Of a stretch of 32,000 nucleotides of DNA, positions 11,882-22,953 are shown in pieces. The translations under genes were made by a program, and so were the position numbers. Under the pieces are notes generated by a model, which made no database searches, was not told where the DNA came from, and worked only from the letters and a program-made list of their open reading frames with translations. Numbering within the stretch: position 1 is the first letter of the stretch; every line of letters begins with the position of its first letter. The stretch is from assembly GCF_000940845.1 (NCBI RefSeq), contig NZ_CP010341.1, forward strand, positions 1,620,001-1,652,000, given 5' to 3'. The stretch is from Propionibacterium freudenreichii subsp. freudenreichii (lineage in GTDB: Bacteria > Actinomycetota > Actinomycetes > Propionibacteriales > Propionibacteriaceae).

Positions 11882-11905
11882 CCAGCGGGCCGGCGCGCCC
11901 ACCGG

Positions 11906-13900
11906 TCAGGCCGGTTGGCCGGCCCCGCTGGCGTCCTCGTGGGGGGCGGGACCCTCGCTGACGATCTCGCCGGTGGTCACGTTGATGGCCTGACCGGGCT
12001 GATCGGCACGCAATGCGTCCACGATGGCCTGCGCGGTCGCGGCGCCCAGGCCGGGCAGCTCGGCGATCTGGTCGACGGTGGCAGCCCGCAGCTTGCGCAG
12101 CGACCCGAAGTGGGACAGCACCGTCTTGCGGCGCACCGCACCCAGGCCGGGAACGTCATCCAACACGGATTCGACCATGGCCCGGGAGCGCCGCTGACGG
12201 TGGTGGGTGATGGCGAACCGGTGGGATTCATCGCGCACCCGCTGCAGCAGGTACAACCCCTCGGAGTCCCTGGGCAGGATCAGTGGGAAGTCCTGGTCGG
12301 GCAGCCAGACCTCCTCCAGGCGCTTGGCCAGGCCGATCACGCGCACCTCCGCCAGGCCCAGGGCGGTGATGGCGTTCTGGGCCGCCTCCACCTGCAGGGG
12401 CCCACCGTCGATCACCACGAGCGACGGGGCATAGGCAAACTTGAGGGGCTTGCCGGTCTCGGGGTCGATGAGCCCGGGCCCGCCCTGTCTGCTCGCCTCC
12501 TCCATGGCCCTGCGGTCGTTGATCAACCGGCTGAAGCGGCGGGTGAGCACCTCGTCCATGGCCCGCAGGTCGTCGGAGCCCTCGAAGCTCTTGATCACGA
12601 AGCGGCGGTATTCGCTGCGACGGCTCAGCCCGTCCTCGAAGACGACCATCGAACCCACCACCTGGGTGCCCTGCAGGTGGCTGATGTCATAGCCCTCGAT
12701 GCGCAGCGGCACCTCGGGCAGTCCGAGGGCCCCCTGGAGTTCCTCGAGCGCCTGATTGCGCGTGGCGAGATCGGCGGCCCGCTTGGCCTTGTGGCGATCG
12801 AGGGCCTCGGTGGCGTTCTTGGCCACGGTGTCGAGCAGCACGCGCTTGTCGCCGCGTTGGGGGACGTGCAGGTTCACCCGCCCGCCACGCTGCTCGCCGA
12901 GCATCTCGGTGAGCACCGGGGCGGTGGGTGGCATCACCGGCACCAGGATCTCGTGGGGCACCCGCGAGTCGGAGTACAGCTGGAGCAGGAAGGACTCGAC
13001 CAACTCGGATTCGTCGGCGTCATCGGCCCGGTCGGCGATCCAGCTGCGTTCGCCGCGGATCCGCCCGCCGCGCACATGGAACACCTGCACGGCCAGCTCG
13101 AGCGGATCCAGCGCGAAGGCAATGGCATCGGCGTCGGTGCCGTCGGGCAGCACCACGGCATTGCGTTCGGTCGCCTTGTCGAGTGCTCCGAGCGAGTCAC
13201 GCAGCACGGCGGCACGCTCGAACTCCTCGTTCTCGGCGGCCTGGCGCATCTGCTTGGTCAGCTTGTGCTGCAGCTGGCGGGTGCGCCCCTCCCAGAAGCT
13301 GCAGAAGTCGTCGGCGATCTCGCGGTGCTCCGCGGCGCTGACACGGCCCACGCACGGTGCCGAGCACTTCCCGATGTAGCCGAGCAGGCAGGGTCGTCCG
13401 GCGGCCTGGGCATTGCGGAAGACCCCTGCCGAGCAGGAACGCATGGGGAAGATGCGCAACAGCATGTCCACGGTGTCGCGCACCGCCCACGCCTGGCCGA
13501 AGGGCCCGAAATAGCGATATCCCTTGCGCTTGGCGCCGCGCCCCACGTAGACGCGGGGGTACTCGTCCGACCAGGTGACGCACAGCCACGGGTAGGTCTT
13601 GTCGTCGCGATACATGATGTTGAATCGCGGGTCGTACTGCTTGATCCAGGTGTACTCGAGCTGGAGCGACTCCAGTTCGTTCTGCACCACGGTCCACTGC
13701 ACGTGGGCCGCGGTGCGCACCATCCGTTGGGTGCGCGGATGCAGCGCGGAGATGTCGTGGAAATAGGAGTTGAGGCGGTTCCGGAGGTTCTTCGCCTTGC
13801 CGACGTAGATGACCTGGCCGTGCTCGTCGGAGAAACGGTAGACGCCCGGATCGGTCGGGATCGACCCGGGCGCGGGGCGATAGGTGGACGGATCGGCCAT
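11906..13900 (-). CDS. uvrC: Excinuclease ABC subunit C
   Basis: The 664-aa product has an N-terminal GIY-YIG domain ([30 protein letters not shown]), a UVR domain, and a C-terminal endonuclease and (HhH)2 region. Confidence 0.95.
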   Translation of the reverse strand: MADPSTYRPAPGSIPTDPGVYRFSDEHGQVIYVGKAKNLRNRLNSYFHDISALHPRTQRMVRTAAHVQWTVVQNELESLQLEYTWIKQYDPRFNIMYRDDKTYPWLCVTWSDEYPRVYVGRGAKRKGYRYFGPFGQAWAVRDTVDMLLRIFPMRSCSAGVFRNAQAAGRPCLLGYIGKCSAPCVGRVSAAEHREIADDFCSFWEGRTRQLQHKLTKQMRQAAENEEFERAAVLRDSLGALDKATERNAVVLPDGTDADAIAFALDPLELAVQVFHVRGGRIRGERSWIADRADDADESELVESFLLQLYSDSRVPHEILVPVMPPTAPVLTEMLGEQRGGRVNLHVPQRGDKRVLLDTVAKNATEALDRHKAKRAADLATRNQALEELQGALGLPEVPLRIEGYDISHLQGTQVVGSMVVFEDGLSRRSEYRRFVIKSFEGSDDLRAMDEVLTRRFSRLINDRRAMEEASRQGGPGLIDPETGKPLKFAYAPSLVVIDGGPLQVEAAQNAITALGLAEVRVIGLAKRLEEVWLPDQDFPLILPRDSEGLYLLQRVRDESHRFAITHHRQRRSRAMVESVLDDVPGLGAVRRKTVLSHFGSLRKLRAATVDQIAELPGLGAATAQAIVDALRADQPGQAINVTTGEIVSEGPAPHEDASGAGQPA

Positions 13901-14020
13901 GATTCCGAGCCTAGACGCCCACCGAAGTGGCGACCGGGCACGCCGTGGCGCTCGGCAGGCACTCCCCCCGACCCCGGTGGCGGTCGGACCGGGAGCGCCA
14001 TTCCCCTAGTCTTGCTCAGC

Positions 14021-15361
14021 GTGGAGACGCCAACAGCACCAGTGCGGCCCCGACCCTGGTCGGGTTTCCTGTCGTGGGCCGGTATCAATGACCCCTGGCA
14101 GCGGCCGGTTCCGCGCGTCGGGCGCGAGGACGTGCTGGTCGTCGTCGCCCTCACGGTGCTGGCAGCCGTGCTGACGGAATTGCAGCGCGGCCTGGGTTCG
14201 GTGGGCACGCCCCCGTCATCGCGCCCGGTCACCTATGCCCTGCTCGCCGCAACGTGCGTCCCGCTGCTGTGGCGACGGCGCTATCCCTGCACGTCGGCGG
14301 TGGTTGCGTACGTGGCGTTCATGGCGGTGTCGATGATGATGCCGATGGTGGGCGGCCAGCTGATCCTGCTCGTCGCCTTCTTCCTGAGCATGTACTCGGC
14401 CGCGGCGTGGGCACCGAACCGGCCCGGGATGCTGGTCACCATCGGGGTGGTCGCCGGCACGATCATCTTCTGGCTCATCTGGTCGTTGGCGGTCGGGGCG
14501 GGGGCCGAGAGGCTGCGCGGTGAACTCAACACGCTCGACCCGGGCAATGCGCTGATCTCACCGCTGGTCGCCTATCTGCTGTTCAACCTGCTCATCAACG
14601 GTGCCTTCCTGGCCGGGGCGTTGATCTTCGGGGTCTCGTCGTGGCGACGGGCCAGGGGCAATGCCGAGATCGTCGCCCAGCAGGCGCAGCTCACCGCGCA
14701 GGCCGATCAGCTGCGAGATGAGGCCGTGCTGCGCGAGCGCCTGCGGATCGCCCGCGACCTGCACGATGTGGTGGGTCACCATGTCTCGGTGACCGGTATC
14801 CAGGCGGCCGCCGCCCGCCGGGTGCTGGAACGCGATCCGGCGAGGGCCGCGGCGGCGCTCGCCGTGGTCGAGGAATCGACGCGCCAGGCCGTCACCCAGA
14901 TGCGCGACCTGCTCGGCACGCTGCGTGCCGTCGATGAGGACGCCGCCGACTCACCCCATGGGGCCCCGACGCTGGTCCAGCTGCCCGACCTGGTTGCCGC
15001 CCAGCAGGGCCATGACCTGCAGGTTTCCCTCGACGTGGTGGAGAATCCGCCGGGGGCTGCCGCACAGGTCCCGCCGGTGGTGGCGCTCTCGTTGTACCGC
15101 GCCGTCGAGGAGGCGCTGACCAATGTGCGCCGCCACTCCACCGCCCACGAGGCGCAGGTGGTCGTGCGGGTCGAGGCGGGACGCTATGCGGAGGCCGAGA
15201 TCCTCGATTCCGGACTGCCACGGCCCGATTCCACCGGAAGCGGACTGGGCCTGCTGGGCATGAGAGAACGCGCGAAGAACGTGGGCGGCACGGTGGAGGC
15301 CGGACCCCGCATGATCGGTGGCTATCGGGTGCGGATGCGTCTGCCCCTGGAGGAGGGCTGA
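14021..15361 (+). CDS. Sensor histidine kinase, HisKA_3 (NarL/DesK-type) with a polytopic N-terminal membrane domain
   Basis: It is embedded in the 1504-aa track ORF, whose first ~3.2 kb is antisense to rapZ/uvrC. The H-box is LRIARDLHDVVGHHVSVTGIQ and the ATPase N/G boxes are EEALTNVRRHS and GSGLGLLGMRERA. Several hydrophobic helices lie at 14130-14640. There is no in-frame ATG. The GTG at 14021 is my best guess for the start (TTG 14012, GTG 14042 and GTG ~14130 are alternatives). Confidence 0.8.
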   Translation: METPTAPVRPRPWSGFLSWAGINDPWQRPVPRVGREDVLVVVALTVLAAVLTELQRGLGSVGTPPSSRPVTYALLAATCVPLLWRRRYPCTSAVVAYVAFMAVSMMMPMVGGQLILLVAFFLSMYSAAAWAPNRPGMLVTIGVVAGTIIFWLIWSLAVGAGAERLRGELNTLDPGNALISPLVAYLLFNLLINGAFLAGALIFGVSSWRRARGNAEIVAQQAQLTAQADQLRDEAVLRERLRIARDLHDVVGHHVSVTGIQAAAARRVLERDPARAAAALAVVEESTRQAVTQMRDLLGTLRAVDEDAADSPHGAPTLVQLPDLVAAQQGHDLQVSLDVVENPPGAAAQVPPVVALSLYRAVEEALTNVRRHSTAHEAQVVVRVEAGRYAEAEILDSGLPRPDSTGSGLGLLGMRERAKNVGGTVEAGPRMIGGYRVRMRLPLEEG

Positions 15362-15363
15362 AC

Positions 15364-16017
15364 ATGATCAGGGTGCTACTGGCCGATGACCAGACGCTGG
15401 TGCGTACCGGATTCGAGATGATCCTGGGCGTCGAGGACGACATCGAGGTGGTCGGTCAGGCCGCCGACGGCCGCCAGGCGGTGTCCGCGGCCGCCCGGCT
15501 GCATCCCGATGTGGTGTTGATGGACGTGCAGATGCCCACGATGGACGGAATCGCCGCTACCCGTGAGGTCGTCGCCGCCGACTCCGCGAGGGTGATCGTG
15601 CTGACCACCTTCGATCGCGATGACTACCTGTTCGACGCGCTGGGTGCGGGCGCCAGCGGTTTCATCCTGAAGAACTCCGATCCCACCGAACTGGTTGCCG
15701 CCGTTCGTGCGGTGGCGAACGGGGATGCCCTGTTGAGTCCCTCGGTGACGCTGCGGGTGATCCGTGCGATGGCGCAGGGCCACGCCCCGCGGGAGGTCAC
15801 GCCCGGTGCCGACGCCGAGCTCGCCAGGCTCACCGATCGTGAGGTCGAGGTGCTGCGGGCCCTGGCCCGCGGCCTGTCCAATGCCGAGATCGCCGCCGAG
15901 CTGTTCGTCTCGGAGGCCACCGTGAAGACACATGTGTCGAATGTGTTGTCCAAGCTGGGCCTGCGCGACCGGGTGCAGGCCGTGGCGCACGCCAACCAGC
16001 ACGGCCTGGTGTCCTAG
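15364..16017 (+). CDS. Response regulator, NarL/LuxR family
   Basis: The receiver domain reads MIRVLLADDQTLVR...DVVLMDVQMPTMDG. The C-terminal LuxR HTH reads LTDREVEVLRALARGLSNAEIAAELFVSEATVKTHVSNVLSKLG. The ATG is 2 nt after the kinase stop and is preceded by GGAGGAGGG. Confidence 0.93.
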   Translation: MIRVLLADDQTLVRTGFEMILGVEDDIEVVGQAADGRQAVSAAARLHPDVVLMDVQMPTMDGIAATREVVAADSARVIVLTTFDRDDYLFDALGAGASGFILKNSDPTELVAAVRAVANGDALLSPSVTLRVIRAMAQGHAPREVTPGADAELARLTDREVEVLRALARGLSNAEIAAELFVSEATVKTHVSNVLSKLGLRDRVQAVAHANQHGLVS

Positions 16018-16119
16018 TCACCACCGCGGCCCCGCGGCCCGGCCTCATCCGTTGGGGGGAGACCCGATTTCCGTCGTCCGCCCGATGTGCGGGCGCGGCG
16101 GTGCCGGCAGGCTGGTCAC

Positions 16120-17073
16120 ATGCTTGCAGTAGATCACCTCACCCGAAGTTTCGGTGAGCTCATCGCGGTAGACGATGTCAGCTTCACCGTGCCCGACGGC
16201 AAGACCATCGGCTTCGTCGGCGGCAATGGCGCCGGCAAGACCACCACCATGCGCATGATCATGGGGCTGCTCACCCCCGATTCCGGCCACGTGCAGTGGG
16301 ATGGGCGCCCGATCACCGCCGCCGATCGGCGCGGATTCGGCTACATGCCGGAGGAACGCGGCCTGTATCCCAAGGAGCCCGTGCTGGAACAGCTGGTCTA
16401 CCTGGCCCGCCTGCGTGGGGCCAGCCGGGCCGGCGCCACCGCAGAGGCCACCACCCTGTTGGAGGCCTTCGGGCTGGCTGATCGGGCCAAGGACAAGCTG
16501 GAGAAGCTGTCCCTGGGCAACCAGCAGCGGGTGCAGATCAGTGCCGCCGTGATGACCGAGCCCACGAGGACTTCGGGAGTCAGTTGGGGTGCCGCCGGGG
16601 CGGTGCAGATCAGTGCCGCCGTGATGACCGAGCCCACTGCCCTGTTGCTGGACGAACCGTTCTCCGGGCTAGACCCCGAGGCGGTCGACTCGCTGGCCCA
16701 GATGTTGAAGACGCGTACCGCGGCCGGCACGCCGCTGCTGTTCAGCTCCCACCAACTCGACCTGGTCGAGCGCTTGTGCGACGGGCTGGTGATCCTCTCG
16801 CACGGCAGGGTCGTTGCGCAGGGCGGCCGCGAGGAGCTGCGCGACCGCGGCACGAACCACTACCGACTCACCATGACCAGCGACACGGGATGGGTCCGTG
16901 ACGCACCGGGAACGACGGTGCTGGACGTCGCCGGACCCACGGCCCTGTTGTCGTTCGATTCGGACCGGGCCCGTCAGGGGCTGCTGCGGGCAGCCATCGA
17001 CCACGGCGATGTGATCGAGCTGGCGTTGGTGCGCCCGAGCCTTGCCGACATCTACCGAGAGGTGACGAAGTGA
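16120..17073 (+). CDS. ABC transporter ATP-binding protein (ABC-2 / NatA-DrrA-like) carrying a 24-aa in-frame insertion
   Basis: Walker A GGNGAGKTT, signature variant LSLGNQQRV and Walker B LLLDEPFSGLD are present. The start is taken at ATG 16120 (MLAVDHLTRSFG...). A 72-nt insertion separates the signature from Walker B (see findings). The stop overlaps the permease start (GTGA). Confidence 0.85.
   Translation: MLAVDHLTRSFGELIAVDDVSFTVPDGKTIGFVGGNGAGKTTTMRMIMGLLTPDSGHVQWDGRPITAADRRGFGYMPEERGLYPKEPVLEQLVYLARLRGASRAGATAEATTLLEAFGLADRAKDKLEKLSLGNQQRVQISAAVMTEPTRTSGVSWGAAGAVQISAAVMTEPTALLLDEPFSGLDPEAVDSLAQMLKTRTAAGTPLLFSSHQLDLVERLCDGLVILSHGRVVAQGGREELRDRGTNHYRLTMTSDTGWVRDAPGTTVLDVAGPTALLSFDSDRARQGLLRAAIDHGDVIELALVRPSLADIYREVTK
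16530..16637 (+). repeat. Perfect 36-nt direct repeat pair (16530-16565 and 16602-16637) flanking a unique 36-nt segment, inside the ATPase CDS
   Basis: ggtgcagatcagtgccgccgtgatgaccgagcccac occurs twice, identical by direct reading. The spacer is gaggacttcgggagtcagttggggtgccgccggggc. The protein reads QQR-VQISAAVMTEPT-RTSGVSWGAAGA-VQISAAVMTEPT-ALLLDEPFSGLD. Confidence 0.9.
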
Positions 17074-18236
17074 ACAAGCGCCAATGGACCCTGGTGGCGG
17101 GCCACGAGATGTGGGTGAAGCTCGCCAACAAGAGCTTCATCATCTCCACGCTGACGATGGTGGTGCTCATGGCCGCCGGCATCGCCTTCGGCGCCTGGCA
17201 GGCCAACAAGACCGACACCATGAGCGTGGTGGTCACCACCCAGCAGGCCCAACAGGTCGGCGAACGGGCCGGCGCCCTCGCCGGGGCCGCCAACGATCAC
17301 TCCGAGCTGTCGGTGCGCCACGCCGACTCCGACGACCAGGCCCGCTCCGAGGTGACCGCCGGTGACGCCGACGCCTGGTTGCACTCGGATGGCACCAGCT
17401 GGCACCTGACCTTCAAGGACGACACCAAGTCCAGCCTCGAGAACTATGTGAGCGCCGCCGTGTCGACCAACGTGGTCAATGACCTCGCCGGACGGGCGGG
17501 CGAGCCACTCGACCGGGCACATGCCGCCATGACGGTCTCCACCGATGTGCTGGAGAGCTCGGAGAACCCCGGTGGCGAGCTGGTGGGCATCGTCTTCGCG
17601 ATGGTCTTCATGTTCTCCTCACTGATGTTCGGGATGCAGATCGCCCAGTCCGTCACGGCCGAGAAGCAGTCGCGGATCGTCGAGATCCTGGCCGCCGTGG
17701 TGCCCGCCCGCCAGCTGATGCTCGGCAAGGTGGCCGGGAACACGGCCGTCGCGTTGTTGCAGATGGTGCTCTACGCGGCCATCGCACTGATCGGGGTGGC
17801 CGTGACGCCCCTGTCGACGATGTTGCCGAGCCTGTCAGGGGGCATCGGCTGGTTCCTCGCCTTCTTCCTGGTGGGCTTCCTGACGCTGTCGTGCCTGTGG
17901 GCCGCGGCGGGTGCCATGGCCCCCACCACCGAGGACCTCCAGTCGACGGCGCAGCCCCTGACCTGGCTGCTGATGGTCGTCTACTTCGCGGGCTTCCTGG
18001 CGAAGGGCAACCTGGCGGTGGTCCTGAGCTATGTGCCGGTGATCTCCTCGGTGGTGATGCCCACGCGCCTGGCGATGGGCACGGCCCATTGGTGGGAGGG
18101 GCTCATCGCACTGCTGATCACGCTCGCCTTCACCGTGGTGGCCATCTGGTTCGGCTCGCGCATCTACCGCCGGGCCCTGCTGCAGACCCATGGCCGGGTG
18201 AGCATCCGCGAGGCCATGTCGCACGAGAGCCTGTGA
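17070..18236 (+). CDS. ABC-2 family transporter permease (NatB/YhaP-like)
   Basis: The 388-aa product has an N-terminal TM helix, a soluble loop of about 130 aa, then a cluster of 5 TM helices, which is ABC-2 permease architecture. It is translationally coupled to the upstream ATPase. Confidence 0.8.
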   Translation: MNKRQWTLVAGHEMWVKLANKSFIISTLTMVVLMAAGIAFGAWQANKTDTMSVVVTTQQAQQVGERAGALAGAANDHSELSVRHADSDDQARSEVTAGDADAWLHSDGTSWHLTFKDDTKSSLENYVSAAVSTNVVNDLAGRAGEPLDRAHAAMTVSTDVLESSENPGGELVGIVFAMVFMFSSLMFGMQIAQSVTAEKQSRIVEILAAVVPARQLMLGKVAGNTAVALLQMVLYAAIALIGVAVTPLSTMLPSLSGGIGWFLAFFLVGFLTLSCLWAAAGAMAPTTEDLQSTAQPLTWLLMVVYFAGFLAKGNLAVVLSYVPVISSVVMPTRLAMGTAHWWEGLIALLITLAFTVVAIWFGSRIYRRALLQTHGRVSIREAMSHESL

Positions 18237-18242
18237 CGACCT

Positions 18243-18276
18243 CCCCGTGCCCCGCCCCGCGCGGCCGGGCACGGGG
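18243..18276 (+). terminator. GC-rich hairpin downstream of the ABC-2 permease
   Basis: ccccgtgccc (18243-18252) pairs with gggcacgggg (18267-18276) in a 10-bp perfect stem. An inner gcc/ggc extension is possible. It starts 7 nt after the stop codon and has no U-tract, which is common in high-GC actinobacteria. Confidence 0.5.
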
Positions 18277-18377
18277 ATGGGGCGTCACGGCACCGGGATG
18301 GCCCATCGGGGCGATAACGCGCGCCGTGCAGCGGTAGGCGCTAGTCTCGGTGGGACATCGTCCCAAGGAGTCACGCA

Positions 18378-18914
18378 ATGTTGCAGTGGCCATTTCCGCA
18401 GACATCCTTCGTCAGCGGGGATCTCACCATCGAACGCTGGGATGCCCAGCGCGACATGGATCGGCTCTGGCGCGCCCTCCAGGCGCCCGAGGTGTGGCAG
18501 TTCAACCCGCGTGGGGTGCCCCTGGATGCCCAGGACCTGGCGCGACGGATGGGCCAGCGCACCGATGGGCCCGAGCGGCTCACCTGGACCGTGGTGCTGC
18601 GCGGCGAGGTGGTGGGCACCACGAGCCACTTCCGGGCCGGTGAGGCCGTTGAGATCGGTGCCACCTATCTGACGCCGAGCACCTGGGGCACAGGGCTGAA
18701 CCTGCGCGTGAAGCGCGTCATGGTGACCATGGCCCGCAGCAATGACGCCTCGGGCATCATCTTCCGTGCCGACGACCTCGATGAGCGTTCCAACAAGGCC
18801 CTGCTCAAGCTGGGTGCCAGCTTCACCCACAAGTCGGCCGAGAAGGTGCTGCGGGCCGACGGAACGCGCCGCATCACCCGCTTCTACCGGCTCGACAACG
18901 ACACCTGCATCTGA
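18378..18914 (+). CDS. GNAT family N-acetyltransferase (RimJ/RimL-like)
   Basis: The ATG follows AAGGAG by 8 nt. The 178-aa product has a GNAT-like core (…VVLRGEVVGTTSHF…EIGATYLTPSTWGTGLNLRVKRVM…ERSNKALLKLGA…). Confidence 0.7.
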   Translation: MLQWPFPQTSFVSGDLTIERWDAQRDMDRLWRALQAPEVWQFNPRGVPLDAQDLARRMGQRTDGPERLTWTVVLRGEVVGTTSHFRAGEAVEIGATYLTPSTWGTGLNLRVKRVMVTMARSNDASGIIFRADDLDERSNKALLKLGASFTHKSAEKVLRADGTRRITRFYRLDNDTCI

Positions 18915-18928
18915 ACCGACGGGTGGGC

Positions 18929-22015
<3,087 letters not shown>

Positions 22016-22205
22016 TTCCAGACCAGCGACCAGTCGCCGGGACCCCGCCGATCGCGGTGCGCGATGGCCCGACGCGCCTCGTGCAGGTAGGTTCTTGTCA
22101 TAACTTATTGATGTTGTGGTGCGCGCCCCGCGCGGGACGGAGGTCCCTGCGGTGGCGGGCAGCTGCACGCGAGGCGGGTCCGACAGGCCGGGCAGGAGGT
22201 GCGCG

Positions 22206-22952
22206 ATGCCATCGGTGGAGGAGCAATCGGAGCTTCCCGGCGCCGGGGACATGCGTCCGATACGCCTGCGCAAGCTGGAGGCGACCCAGCGGCTGTTGGG
22301 CGACACCATCGCCATTGACGAGCGCAGCTGGCAGGAGCCGTGTCACCTGCCGGGGTGGACCCGCGCCCACGTGGCCACCCACCTGGCCCGCAACGCAGAT
22401 GCCTTCACGCGCGTCGCGGCCGGCATGATGACCGGCATCAACACCCCGCTGTACATCTCGGAGCGCGAACGCTTCAACGACATCGAGCGCGGCTCGGAAC
22501 GTCGTGCACTCGACCTGCAGGTTGACCTGGACACCTCGGCCGGCCGGCTCTACCACGGGCTCGACGAGCTGGGCGATATCGACGGCTCCCGACTCGTGGA
22601 GATCTCGCCGGGCCGCAAGCTGCGCATCGACCTCCTGCCGCTGGCCAGGCTGCGTGAGGTGGCCCTGCACCACGTCGACCTGGCCTGCGGATTCACCGTG
22701 CTCGACATGGACGACGACATCGCCCGCTGGGTGCTGGAGTGGACCTGTTACTGGATCGGCGATGATCCCCGACTGGCCCCGCTGCAGATCGAATCCACCT
22801 CCGGCTTCCACACCCGGCTCGGTGGCACGGGACGTCCCACTGCGGTGGGCGGCTCCGACGCCCTCCTGCTCGGCTGGCTGACCAACCGCCTGCCCGACGA
22901 CCCGTCGGTGGCGAAGACCCTGCCCGCACTACCCGAAGGATGGTGGGCCTGA
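22206..22952 (+). CDS. Mycothiol-dependent maleylpyruvate isomerase family / DinB-fold protein
   Basis: The ATG at 22206 follows AGGAGG (22194-22199) by 6 nt. The N-terminal segment …[26 protein letters not shown]… is the DinB-like metal-binding helix pattern of the TIGR03083-type family. The specific function is not assignable. Confidence 0.65.
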   Translation: MPSVEEQSELPGAGDMRPIRLRKLEATQRLLGDTIAIDERSWQEPCHLPGWTRAHVATHLARNADAFTRVAAGMMTGINTPLYISERERFNDIERGSERRALDLQVDLDTSAGRLYHGLDELGDIDGSRLVEISPGRKLRIDLLPLARLREVALHHVDLACGFTVLDMDDDIARWVLEWTCYWIGDDPRLAPLQIESTSGFHTRLGGTGRPTAVGGSDALLLGWLTNRLPDDPSVAKTLPALPEGWWA

Positions 22953-22953
22953 C

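Noticed and set aside
10847-14020. The 5' three-quarters of the 1504-aa + strand ORF, upstream of the histidine kinase domain.
   Set aside because: This portion is antisense to rapZ and uvrC and has no domain signatures. Only the last ~446 codons (from about 14021) encode a coherent membrane sensor kinase.
16530-16637. CRISPR-like geometry: a 36-nt repeat, a 36-nt spacer and a second 36-nt repeat.
   Set aside because: There are only two repeat copies. They lie in frame inside an ABC ATPase CDS and duplicate its coding sequence. No cas genes, leader or further repeats are present in the window. I treat it as an intragenic duplication/insertion.
22016-22315. A 100-codon N-terminal extension of the uvrA track ORF. 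Similar extensions occur for gap (6557-6598), whiA (9818-9871), yvcK (10830-10937), rapZ (11711-11902), TerC (24617-24685), rpsA (29986-30177) and the ALDH gene (31815-31979).
   Set aside because: The extensions precede the conserved family N-termini and are Arg/Pro/Gly-rich. They overlap neighbouring genes or regulatory RNA and lack Shine-Dalgarno support, whereas internal starts have good SD spacing or match canonical N-termini.
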